The position numbers and the translations under genes are program-made. This document shows positions 24,845 through 35,445 of a stretch of DNA of 40,582 nt, piece by piece. The stretch is from NCBI GenBank assembly GCA_010093995.1, contig ML992511.1, positions 487,316 to 527,897 of the forward strand. Direction: 5' to 3'. Below the pieces are notes generated by a model. That model was given only the letters and a program-made list of their open reading frames with translations, ran no database searches and was not told where the DNA came from. Numbering within the stretch: the stretch's first letter is position 1; each line of letters starts with the position of its first letter. Source of the stretch: Elsinoe ampelina. Lineage: Eukaryota.

Positions 24845-25015
24845 ACTACTAACCTATTAGGTACTATTAGGCAGGTACTAGGTTAGGTACCCCCCCCCCC
24901 CTAAGAGCGACACTATAACTATATACTAACCCTACCTACCTTAGTATAGTACCTAACCTAGGGTAACCCCTCCCTACTAAGCTTTTATACCTAACCCCTA
25001 CCTAACGTAGTACTA
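24845..25015. repeat. hAT right subterminal repeats and putative right TIR
   Basis: Repeated TACCTAAC/GTTAGGTA units; perfect 13-bp inverted repeat at 24878-24890 and 24949-24961; C12 tract at 24890-24901. The terminus reads TAGTACTACGTTAGG on the minus strand (RIP-compatible with CAGTG...). Confidence 0.65.
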
Positions 25016-26445
25016 TATCTACCTAAAAACTACTCTATAGTAGAGACAAGAGTAGAGCGCTATAGAACATATAAGATAATCTTCTCTTCTATAAAGAGTT
25101 ACTAGTTATTCCGAATAATAGCGTACTTAAGGCATAGGTGCTACGTATATACTATAATAGTAAATAGGCTAGTTACTTTAGTAAGAATAAGATACTTAAA
25201 CTTCTCTTACGGAAGTACTTCTAGATAACTATAAGGAAAGACATTAATAACTACGTATAGTTATACTAAGTATGCTAGAAATATAAGGCATACTACTATT
25301 ACCTCTATAGCGAGCTACGTGTACTACCAATACTAGACTACCTATAGTAAGAAATTATAATAGATTTTATTACTAACCTACTACTAAGTAAGTAAGGTAG
25401 TAGCGTCTATAATATAGTACTAGTAATTATAGACTATTATACTAAGATATTACTATATGTCCCTACTACTAAGAAGTATATATCTATAGAGCTAGTAGAG
25501 ATCCTATATAACTACGTTATTCGCTATTATAGTGTCCTAAGGGGAATAGTAAGCAATTAAGGATCGGTCTTTACTAGCTAGTTCTAGAGTAAATTCTATT
25601 ATAAAACGCATATAAAGCGTAGGCTTAGTATAGCCTTTTACCTGTAGATAGATAGCTAAACTAAGTAGTAAAACTAGATATTAGAATAGTACCTAAGGTA
25701 CTACTATATAGAGCTATAGAACGACTAGGCTAAATGTCTATTATAAGCGGAATTTATAAGTAATAATAGCGTTTATACTACGCTACGTATAAGCCTCTTC
25801 TAAATAATATATAGCTACTATCTAGAGTTAGAAGTAATAGCTATTAAGTCTCGAGACAAGACTTTAGAGAGAAGAGTACTAGTAGTAGTAGAGTTAGCGT
25901 AACACTTATAAGATACATATATAAAGCTAGTAGAGTAATAGAAAGAGACTTCCGCCTACTAGGCTAAGTACTATAATAGGAAGCATATACTAAGGGTATA
26001 TAGCATAGGTAACTTAGTACTACTCTTAGCTAAGAACTTATAGCTACCTATACTAAAGAAGAAGATAGAACTACAATTCCTTAGCCTATTCTATATACTT
26101 AATATAATTAAATCGTAGGCGTATTACCTAGCTTTACTAAGTTAGTATTGTATCTATAATGTCTTTTATATATCTCTTCTTAAACTATAGACAAGTAGAG
26201 CTAGTAAGGAGCTAGAAGAGAGTATACCTCTTACTAACGAAGTAGATAAGTAGATAGTAGAGAAGATTCTAGGCAGAAGAACTACGAAGGGTAAGGTATT
26301 CTACTTAGTAAAGTAGAAGAACTAGCCTATTAAGTTTAATAGCTAGAAACCTAAAGAGAATTATATAAATATAGGAGAGCTAATTACTATATATAAGTTA
26401 TAGCTAAGAGTAGCTAAGAAAGGTCGCCGAAGGTGTAGATTATAG
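25016..26445 (+). pseudogene. pol remnant of C (integrase HHCC, core, chromodomain; end approximate)
   Basis: De-RIPed HHD..AGHFG..KT.ELL.RKYFW ~25130-25225; MDFITDLP ~25360; STAFHPQTDGQTE ~25630; W.VEKIL.RR..KGKVFYLVKWK.W...FNSWEP ~26250-26355. Confidence 0.9.
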
Positions 26446-26643
26446 AGCATATAAGTAGATAGATTATATAAACACATAAATAGAGTAAAGAGTAGACTCC
26501 TTATCTAGGGAAATGTATTTTAATAAAGCGCTACACTTATGCTACTATTATAGGTATTAACCTAAACTCTATACTCTATTATGTTCTATATAAGGCCTTA
26601 TTATAGATATAGCGCTAGGGATATATACCTAGCTTATATACGC

Positions 26644-27439
26644 CTACTTATTCTTATTACTATCCTCGTCTACCTCTATACTAAGATTCTCCCCTATAGG
26701 TACTATAGGGGCTATAAGCTATCTACTAGCTATAACATAGTCGATTTTAGTAGTAGAACTACTAGAGCTATATACTATCTAAACCTATTAGCCGTATTTA
26801 TAACATATAAGGAGTATAGTCTAACTTACCTCCTTGCCGATAGTAATTAAGCTATAAAGACTATACCTAATCTTCTATAGCTCCTTAACCTTCTTACGCT
26901 CGAGCGCGATACTACTAAGTAAGCCGCCTACGGGCCCTATATAAGGAGTTAAGACCTCGCTAACGACCTTATTCTTGTTAGTATAGTATACCTTAAGTAT
27001 AGTCTTAAACTTCTTAACCTTAGAGATGTTCTTATAGACTATAGCGTATATACGCTTCTTAGCTATAGTAATACTAGCCTAGTTAGGGGCCTTAAGCTTA
27101 GTAACTATATTAAAGGCGTCGATATATATACTACATAGAATAGATAGAAGCGGCTTATATATATACTTACTATAGGCGTAGTATTTACACTTATAATAGA
27201 AGAAGATACTAAAGTTACCTCTAGTATAGACATAATCTACTACGAATTAGTTATGTCCCTTATAAGAGCTCTATTAGCTTACTCTCGGTAATGCTATTAG
27301 TATACCTAGTATAGGTATTAGCCTTCTCTTTAGGAAGTAAAGGGGTTATAGAGTTAGCGCTAGTAGTAATAGCTCTCTAGGCGCTAGTAGACCTTACACT
27401 ATAAGTGTTAGCTATAGGGGAGCTAGAGTTAAATAATAT
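26644..27439 (-). pseudogene. Antisense, intron-containing accessory gene of C (Cys cluster, acidic C-terminus; RIPed)
   Basis: Predicted exons 27439-27283, 27236-26830 and 26778-26644. Introns are GTAAGC..CTAAT..TAG and GTAAGT..CTAAT..TAG. The spliced frame has only a few TAG stops and contains TYTRY...KCKYYAYSKYIYKP and ...EVDEDSNKNK*. Confidence 0.6.
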
Positions 27440-27853
27440 AATAGTTATAGGTAGTATACTTATATAGTAAGAGGTTAACAAAATATAGATGTATTTTAGG
27501 TAGAAAAGAAGAACGTAAGGGAGAATAACAAGATTATATAGACTAGCCTCTAGTATACTATATCTTTATTATAGCTACTAGCGTAAGGCGCGCGTCTTCT
27601 ATAATACTACTAGGAATTCTAAGAAAAGTAATATTATTACTACCGATTAGCTTTAGCGCTATAGCGACTAGATAAACGCTTCTCTAGGAACTAGATTCCT
27701 AGGACTACTACTACTAGACATTATATAAGACATATATAAGGCCTTCGTAAAAATGCCTTAACTACCTTATATCTATATTATCTCTAAATAACACTATATA
27801 TTACACATTTCTAGTCGAGAGCTAAGAATAGCTCTCCTAGAGGAGAAGGCAAT

Positions 27854-28039
27854 TATAAGAGCGTAGTATTAGAGTAGCACTTAGTAGTAGCTAGTCCTAC
27901 TTACGTAACGTACTTAAATATTCTATATAGCGCTTACACCTAGAGCTTAACAGTAATTAGTTCTACTACTAACGGATTGTTTAGTTGGATAGGCGTTCTC
28001 TATATTACGATATATATAGCTTTAATATAAGGCTTAACA
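27854..28039 (+). repeat. Putative 3' LTR of C (~186 bp)
   Basis: T(G>A)TAAGAGC...GCTTAACA directly after a purine tract; the partner LTR is not in the window. Confidence 0.65.
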
Positions 28040-31000
28040 CCTACCTTATTAGAAAAGATACTAGACTCTACTATCTTTAGTATAGATATACTAGAGTAGT
28101 TCGAGGTCTTTAAGTACTAGATAAGGAATAAGATATGTACTAATATAGATCGTTTCTCTATAAGGGACACCTAGTTCGTCTATCTATACTTATACCTCTC
28201 TAGAGAAGCTTATACCCTTATTATAGACTTAGCTAGTAATAATGTTATTAGTGTCGAAGAGGTCCTTACTCTCCTAGCCTAGCGCTTCGAGGATCCTAAC
28301 TATAGAGCTACTATACGTACTTAGTTTACTAATCTCTTCTAGCGTAATAGTATATTTAACTCCTTTATTAGCGAGTTTAATAAGTATACTCTTCGCGCTA
28401 AGATTGCTAAAGAGAAGTAGCTATACTAGATCTATTAGAAGATATCTAATAAGCTATATAATACTCTAGTTAACTATAACACTAATAACCTTACTACCTT
28501 TATTACTAAGGCCTACGCTACTAACTATAATATCTAATAGAATAACCTTATTACTAAGCGCACTTAGGCTTTACATTCTATACTAGCTATAAGCTATACT
28601 ACTACTATACCTACTTACGTACCTTATTCTACCTTCGCGTCTATAGTTCTATCTACCTTTTACTCTATTACTAGAGGTACTCCGTAGCCTTTTCGTCTAG
28701 CTCTAGCACTTACCTATTACATATATAGTAAGCCTAGATATATCTCTACTAAGTGTATAGCTAGCGCCTTAAAGAAGGCTACTTACACTACTATATGCCT
28801 CGTACGTATTAGCGCTATAGAGGAGATATAGTAGCTTTAGAATCGCTTAGCTGAATTAAGTAACTAGGTCGACACTAGTTTAGCCTACGAACTAGATCTA
28901 GTTTAGCCTTAGTTTAACCCCGAAATAGACTATAAGTCTACTAGCTACTCTAGCTAGAGAAATAAGTAGCTAGAGGACAAGTCTTATTCTCTAGTAGAAT
29001 AAGAGTAATTCGAGATAGATCCGGAGGTATATAGTTACTAAATAGCGTCGTTAGCTACTATATCCTCGCTATTATAACTCCTATTACTATTTACGACTCT
29101 TATAACTACTCTTACACTATTATACTTTAAGCCTTTATTAATACTAGTACGCTTATTAGCGCTATAGTTAATTATAACATTCTTAATAAGCTAAAGAGCT
29201 TTAGCTACCCTATAGTACTAGCTAGTTCTATTTAGCTTTAAGCCTATAATAGTGTTCTAATAGAGTAAGTTATATATAGTATTCCCCTTACTACTACTGT
29301 TTCTAGTAAGCTAAATAACCTTACTACCTTTCGTATTATAGATATTAGCCAATTTAATATTATTCTTAGCCTTAGCTAGCTTAAGGCTAATAGGGCTACT
29401 ATCGACTATAAGTACGGCCGAGTTATATATAAAGAAGAGTTTTTACTAATAGTCGTTAAGTAGAAGCTACTATAGCTAATTAAAAGGCTAGAATCTAGAT
29501 CTAAGCCTAGCTTAGATCTAGGAATCTAGCTTAGTAAAGCCGCCGCCCTAGTTTAGAACTAGTTTAGTTCTAGTCTAACTTGTAAACTAAGTTCTAGCTC
29601 GGCTACTAAGTTAGAACGAACTAGACTATATTAGCTACTAGCTCTTAGGTCGAACTTTAAGCTAAATTAGAGAGAGTTTAAGCTAATCTCCTATAGTACT
29701 TAGTTAATATATAAGTTCTTCTACTTACCTACCTACGTAAGTAATACTAAATAGAAAGAGCTAACTATTACCTTTATTAGCGTAGCCGTCTTTATATTAG
29801 TAGCTAAATACTAAAAGAACGAGGTATTTATAATCTTAGTAAAGAATATTAAGGACTACTACTAAATAGCCTCTAAGCTAGAACTAGATCCTATAGTAGT
29901 TCTTCTAGAAGAGCTATACGAATTTACTAACGTCTTCTCTAAAGAATAATCTAATACTCTTCCCCTATATCAGCTAGGATTTAATAACTAGATTACGCTT
30001 AAGAATAGTACTAAACTACTACGTACGGAACCTCTATAGCGCCTATCCCCTAAGGAGCTTAATATAGTAGAGTAATTTATCTATAAATACCTTAATAAAG
30101 GCTTTATTATACTAAGCTCTACTAGCTACTTATTACCTATTCTCTTTATTTATAAGCTAGGTAGAGGTCTCCGCCTCTACGTCGATTACTATAGCCTTAA
30201 TAAGGTAACTAAGTAAGATATCTATCTACTACCCCTTATTAAAGAAACGCTTATATACGTAAGTAAGGCTAAATAGTTTAGTAAGATTAACATCTATTAA
30301 GCCTTCTACTGCCTCTATAACTCTATTAATAGCAAGGATCTAACTATATTCTCTATATATATAAATAACTTTAAGTAGTTAGTAATATCTTTTAGCCTTA
30401 CTAACGCCTCTATAGTCTAGTAGAGGTTTATAAATTATAACTTTATCGACATACTAGAGCGCTTCGTATCGATCTATCTAGACAATATTCTTATCTATAC
30501 TAATAGTACTTACTAAGAGTATACTAAGCATATTAAGCTTATACTTTAGAGGCTCTATAAATTAGGCCTAAACGCTAACATTAAGAAGAGTAAGTTCTAC
30601 CTAACGGAGGTAAAGTACCTTAGTATTATTATTAGCTAAGATAGAGTTAAGATAGACCCTAAGAAGGTAGAAGCTATATAGGCGTAGAAATAGCTAGCCC
30701 CTAGTAATACTACTTAGGTAAGAAGCTTTATTAGTTTCTATAGCTACTATTACTACTTTATTAAGGGATTTAGTACTATTACTAAGCTACTAAATAATCT
30801 ACTTAAGAAGGATACTATACTATAGAACGACAAGTGTACTACTATATTTAATTATATAAAGTATATTATTATAAGTATACCTATCCTTATATACTTTAAT
30901 TGCTCGAAATAGATAGTTCTTAAGATAGACGCCTTCGATACTACTACTGCTAGAATTCTATTATAATATAATAAGTCTAACGTTCTCTAGCCTATTACCT

Positions 31001-33307
31001 TTTTTAGTAAATCTATAAATAAAGCCGAGCGTAACTACGCTATTTATAATAAGGAATTACTAGCTATCGTCTAAGCTTTTAAGGAATAGGCCTCTAAGCT
31101 TATAAGTACTTAATCTAATAAGGCTATCTATGTCCTTACTAACTACTAATTCTTAATACACTTTATAAAGACTTAGAAGCTATTATACTACTAAGTGCGC
31201 TAGGCTCTCTACCTCGCGTAGTTTAACTTTAAGATTATATATAGGCCTAGCGCTACTAATAGTAAGGCCGACGTACTTATAAGGAGAAATAGAGATATAC
31301 TACGCTTAAGAGAAGACCCTAACCTTCGCTAGACACTACTACTATATAAAGTGCTTAATCGGCGCATTATCGACGAGCTATATCTAGGCTATATCCGAAC
31401 TAGACTAGTAACTTAAGCTAAACTAAGAACTAGTTTAGCTACTAAACTAAAATCTAGTTTGTAAACTAGTTTACTACCTACTTTACTACCTATATCGGCG
31501 CCTACTTTAGCTACTGAACTAGGCATCTACGTAGTACCTATAATAGCTATAGAAGAGCCTTTATCTCTTTTCGAAGAAGTAGCTAAAGCTAACTTATAGA
31601 ACACTAAGTGTAAAATAGTTCGAGGTATCTACTATATAATAGAGGCCTTCCTAAAGAGAAAATAGCTACTATCGACTAATATTACTATTAACAAAGGGAT
31701 ATTATAGGTCGCTAGCTAACTATTCGTACTATAGTTAATAGCTATAAAGGTTATCTAAGAGGTCTATATATCGAAGGACTATATATATACTAGAGCTACT
31801 AAAATAGCTACTATAATTAAGACTACCTTTTTTATTCTAGGCTATAATAACTTTATTAAGAGGTTTATTACTAATTACTACAACTATAAACGCTTAAAGG
31901 CTCGCTATAGCTTACTAGCTAGCCTTCTATCGCCTTTACCTATTCTAGTAAAACTATAGTAATATATTACTATAGACTTCGTTACTAGTCTACCTCTAGT
32001 AGACAGCTATAACGTAGTACTCTATATTGTCGACTACCTATCTAAGGAATAGTACTTAATTCTATACTTCTCTAGAGAAGGTAGTACTTTAGCGTTTAAG
32101 ACTACTAAGCTATTATTCTTCTACGTATAGAAACTATATAGTCTACTAGATAGTATTACCTCGGATTATAGCCCTTAGTTCGTTAGCGATATATAGAAGA
32201 GGTTCTACTAAATCCTAAAGATTACTACTAAACTATCTACTATAGGGCATCTATAAATAGATAGCTAATTAGAGGTTATAAATTATAAGTTTAAGCGAGT
32301 TATTTATTTATATACTATACGCTTTAGTAATTAGACACTTATTCTACTAGTCGTAGAATTCTCCGCTAACGTTAACCTATTAGAGAGTACTAAGCTATTA
32401 CTATTTAAGGTTACTAGAGGATATAAGCTAAGGCTAAGCTTCTAGCTCCCTTCTAATATACTATTAATAAGAGCTAAGCTAAATAAGGTCGACATCTACG
32501 CACTTGCTAAGCAACTAGAAGAGGCACTAGCTATTACTAAGGCTAACCTCGCTATTGCCTAGTTATAGATAGTAGAATAAGCTAATAAGTACTACTAGCT
32601 AATAGAGTTTAAGGTAGGCGATTTAGTTTAGCTATTAACGAAGAACCTCTAGCTATAGAGTAATCTAAAACTACTACTAAAGTATGTTAGTCTCTATAAG
32701 ATCCTTAAGAAACAATTACTACTAGTATATAAGCTTAATCTACTAGCTACGCTATAAAGGATCTACCTAGTGTTCTATACTAACCTCCTTACTAAGTACC
32801 TAAATAACCCTCTACTAGGCTAAGCCTTTAATAAACTACTTCTAGTAGAAGTCGATAGTAAAGAGAAATACGAGGTAGATAATGTAATTAACATATATAT
32901 ACTATAAAGAAAGCTAGTTACTTACGTAAGCTAGAAAGGCTATCTAGAGAATCTTACCTAGTAGCTAATTAACAATCTTAAAGGAGTAGCTAATATACTA
33001 CGTAACTATCTAGACTCTTATATAGATAAGCTAAGGCCGAGATAGATTAATAGATAATATATAATAGCGTTTAAGAGTAAACGCGTTTAAGAGAGAAAAT
33101 AGTAATATAAGGTAGATACGAACTAGATTTAGTTAGGATATAGTTTAGATTAGTTACGTAATCTTAGTATTGTAGCCTAGGCTTCTAGCCGCTTCGCTCT
33201 CGATATTACGCATGCTTTATATACTAGTTTTCTTTTTCTTCTTCTTCTAAGTCTTAATATCTTAATAAATAGACGTAATTAATCTCTTATCTTACTAGTC
33301 GTAATTA
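28040..33307 (+). mobile_element. Family B copy B2 (from mid-gag to 3' LTR; interrupted by C)
   Basis: Reverse-complement match to B1 8136-~13416. YLDN at 30475-30486; chromodomain ~32865-33000; PPT 33089-33102. Confidence 0.93.
33103..33307 (+). repeat. 3' LTR of B2 (205 bp)
   Basis: Homologous to the B1 LTRs; right flank AAACT. Confidence 0.92.
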
Positions 33308-34941
33308 AAACTTTATAAAAGTTAGTCTTAGAAGTAATAGATAAGAATCTTAAGTTATTTATAAGCTCTAAGTACTACTATAGCTAGTAAGAAGTAATTA
33401 AGTTTATAATATTAATATAGTTAATAGGTATTAGAGGAAGTATAAAAGGCACTAAAGATACTAAAGATATTAGTATTAGTAGTATTAGTAAAGCACTTTT
33501 AATACTCCTTAAGGCCTTTAAGTAATTAAGGCTTAATATAAGGCCTATAGAAGAATAATTAATAGTAGCTTTACTATTATAAATAGTAGTAGTCTAGGTA
33601 TACTTATTCTTCGTTATAATCTAGTAGTACTTACTAGTTAATATATACTAGTATAACCTCTTATAGTTATAGTAATTATAATTAGTATAAGTCTATACTA
33701 ACTTTAATAGAGGCTCCTTATTACTATTTATACTCTTAAGTGTATTATATAATTAGCTTATTACTAAGCCTTAACCTTATAATAGTAGTACTAGCTATAC
33801 TACTTATAAAGATAGTAGTATTATACTAGCTACTAGAGTCTATACTATTCTTACTAGTATTAATCTAAGGAAGAATTACTATAAAGGTAATAATAGTAGA
33901 CCTATTAAAGAGCTTAGAACTAGTATAGTTAAAGGTAGTTATATAACTTTTAAATTTACTATAGAGTTTATAGCTATTAGTACCTTCTTTATCTTAGTAG
34001 TAAGGCTAAGCCTAAGCTACTAGTAATTCTTAGTAAGCTAATCTTTAAGCTTATTAACTAGCCTCTATATCTTAGCTAGCTCTAATATTACTATTCTAAA
34101 TAGCTACTATATACTAAGATACTTATAAGTAATAGTATAATTAAGTAAAAGAGGCTTAAGTATAGCTTAAGTAATAAAACTACTCTTCTCTACTACTTAA
34201 TTAGCTAGTACTAACTATAATAGATTACTTAGCTAGCTAAATATATATTTATTATAGTATAGAGTCTTACTTCTAAGCTTTACTACTAGCCTTACCTCTA
34301 CTATCTAACTAATATAAAGTATATCTAAGTTACTAGAATTAGTCTCTAGTAACTTTAGTACTTATAATAACTATAGTACCTCTATTACTTATATATCTAG
34401 CTCTTTCTCTAGTACTATATCTAACTTAATTAACTACTTTAGCTAGTCTAGTATAAGTATTAGAAACCTTAATTAAAAAGATAGCTACTAAAATCTAGCT
34501 TATAATTAAGCTTATAAAAGTAATATAACTTAGTTTATAGCTTACTCTATAAGCCTCTAAAGAGCTAGGTTAGTAGATATAACCTCTAGATAAGGTACTA
34601 CCTATACTAGCGCTAGTATATAGCTCTTTAGCTAGATAGTTAAACTATAATAAAGATCCTCTAGTACCTTCTTTAATAAGCTTAAGAAGTGCCTTAAAGA
34701 AGAAAAGACTAGTAGTAATAATAGAAAAGTAAAGAATATTATAATTACTTCTTATACTACCCTTAAAAGTTTCTTTATATAGCTAGAATAATAGTTAGTT
34801 ATAGAAGAAAGACACTTATAAGCTATAATTTAGTAATATTAGTATATACTAACTAGTCTATTATACCTTTTCTTAGCTTTAATTTTATTTAAATAGATAG
34901 TATTATTAAGCTATTTAACTCTATATTCTCTATAGACTTCT
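33308..34941. other. Extremely RIP-degraded sequence of unidentified origin (insertion target of B2)
   Basis: Almost no CA, TG or CG dinucleotides; no recognisable motif; abrupt return to balanced composition at ~34942. Confidence 0.6.
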
Positions 34942-35130
34942 AGCCAGCCAATTTTAGTAAGCAGAAGTCGGTGAAGAGTACTGCCAAGCCCGGGGTGGCT
35001 CGGTTGAACTCAAAACGACTGTATCCACCGCTCAGGCGTGGCGAAAAATAGCCCACTCAAGGCCAACTGGAGCCTTTTTCCACTGCCAGAGACGGTCTTG
35101 GCACAGGTTGAGCGCTAGCGCCGGAGGAGG

Positions 35131-35140
35131 GAAATTTTTG
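35131..35140 (+). promoter_or_regulatory. RRPE-like motif (GAAATTTTTG) in the EF-3 promoter, followed by a CT-rich tract
   Basis: Matches AAAWTTTT, a motif common upstream of fungal translation and ribosome-biogenesis genes. It is short and may be chance. Confidence 0.35.
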
Positions 35141-35445
35141 GATTTTTGGGCCCTGGTAAATATTCAAAAGTGTGCCCCTCCAGCGAACTTTTTTCTCACG
35201 CCTCAGCTCCTTTCTTCAACCTCATCTCACCCTCTTTCCTACCTCCATACACTCAGCCTGGTGCTTAATTCAGTCTTGTACCAGACTGCTTTGCATTACG
35301 AGTTCGGAATAGACGATACCCATAGAGAAACATCAGCAGAGCGACTTGCTTTTTTGGTCCCTGGATCGCGGCACTTTCTGACCGCCCCCTGAAATTTTCT
35401 CAGAAATCAGCAATACCTCAAACAACTCATCTACAACAGCCCAAT

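Larger units (their letters stand above)
6984..25015 (+). mobile_element. Large hAT-superfamily DNA transposon, interrupted by B1 and A2 (and probably A1); left end apparently outside the window
   Basis: Segments 6984-8135, 14406-15069 and 22097-25015 join once B1 and A2 are removed at their TSDs. A hAT transposase lies in the right part. The right end is TIR-like (CCTAACGTAGTACTA, ending 25015) and followed immediately by mid-pol sequence of element C. Membership of 6984-14800 is inferred only from the lack of a visible junction or TIR. Confidence 0.65.
25016..28039 (+). mobile_element. 3' part of a third Ty3/Gypsy chromovirus (family C)
   Basis: Starts mid-pol directly after the hAT end. 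Contains integrase and chromodomain, then a 1.4 kb extra region, PPT AGAGGAGAAGGCAAT (~27839-27853) and an LTR-like segment ending CTTAACA at 28039, exactly where family-B gag homology begins. Confidence 0.85.

Noticed and set aside
24845..25015. CCTAAC/TTAGG motifs resembling telomeric repeats
   Set aside because: Not tandem TTAGGG; both orientations are present and the position fits hAT subterminal repeats.
26581..26850. 89-aa plus-strand ORF from the track
   Set aside because: Tyr/Leu/Ile-rich RIP artefact overlapping the better-supported minus-strand spliced frame.
28955..28969. Possible -1 frameshift heptamer (GGGAAAT) at the family B gag end
   Set aside because: Both copies read AGAGAAAT; reconstructing the heptamer needs an unsupported non-canonical change.
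35108..35403. 94-aa upstream ORF and a possible 5' UTR intron (CTGAC...TTTTCTCAG)
   Set aside because: The ORF starts at TTG and has no recognisable features; no convincing splice donor was found for the intron.
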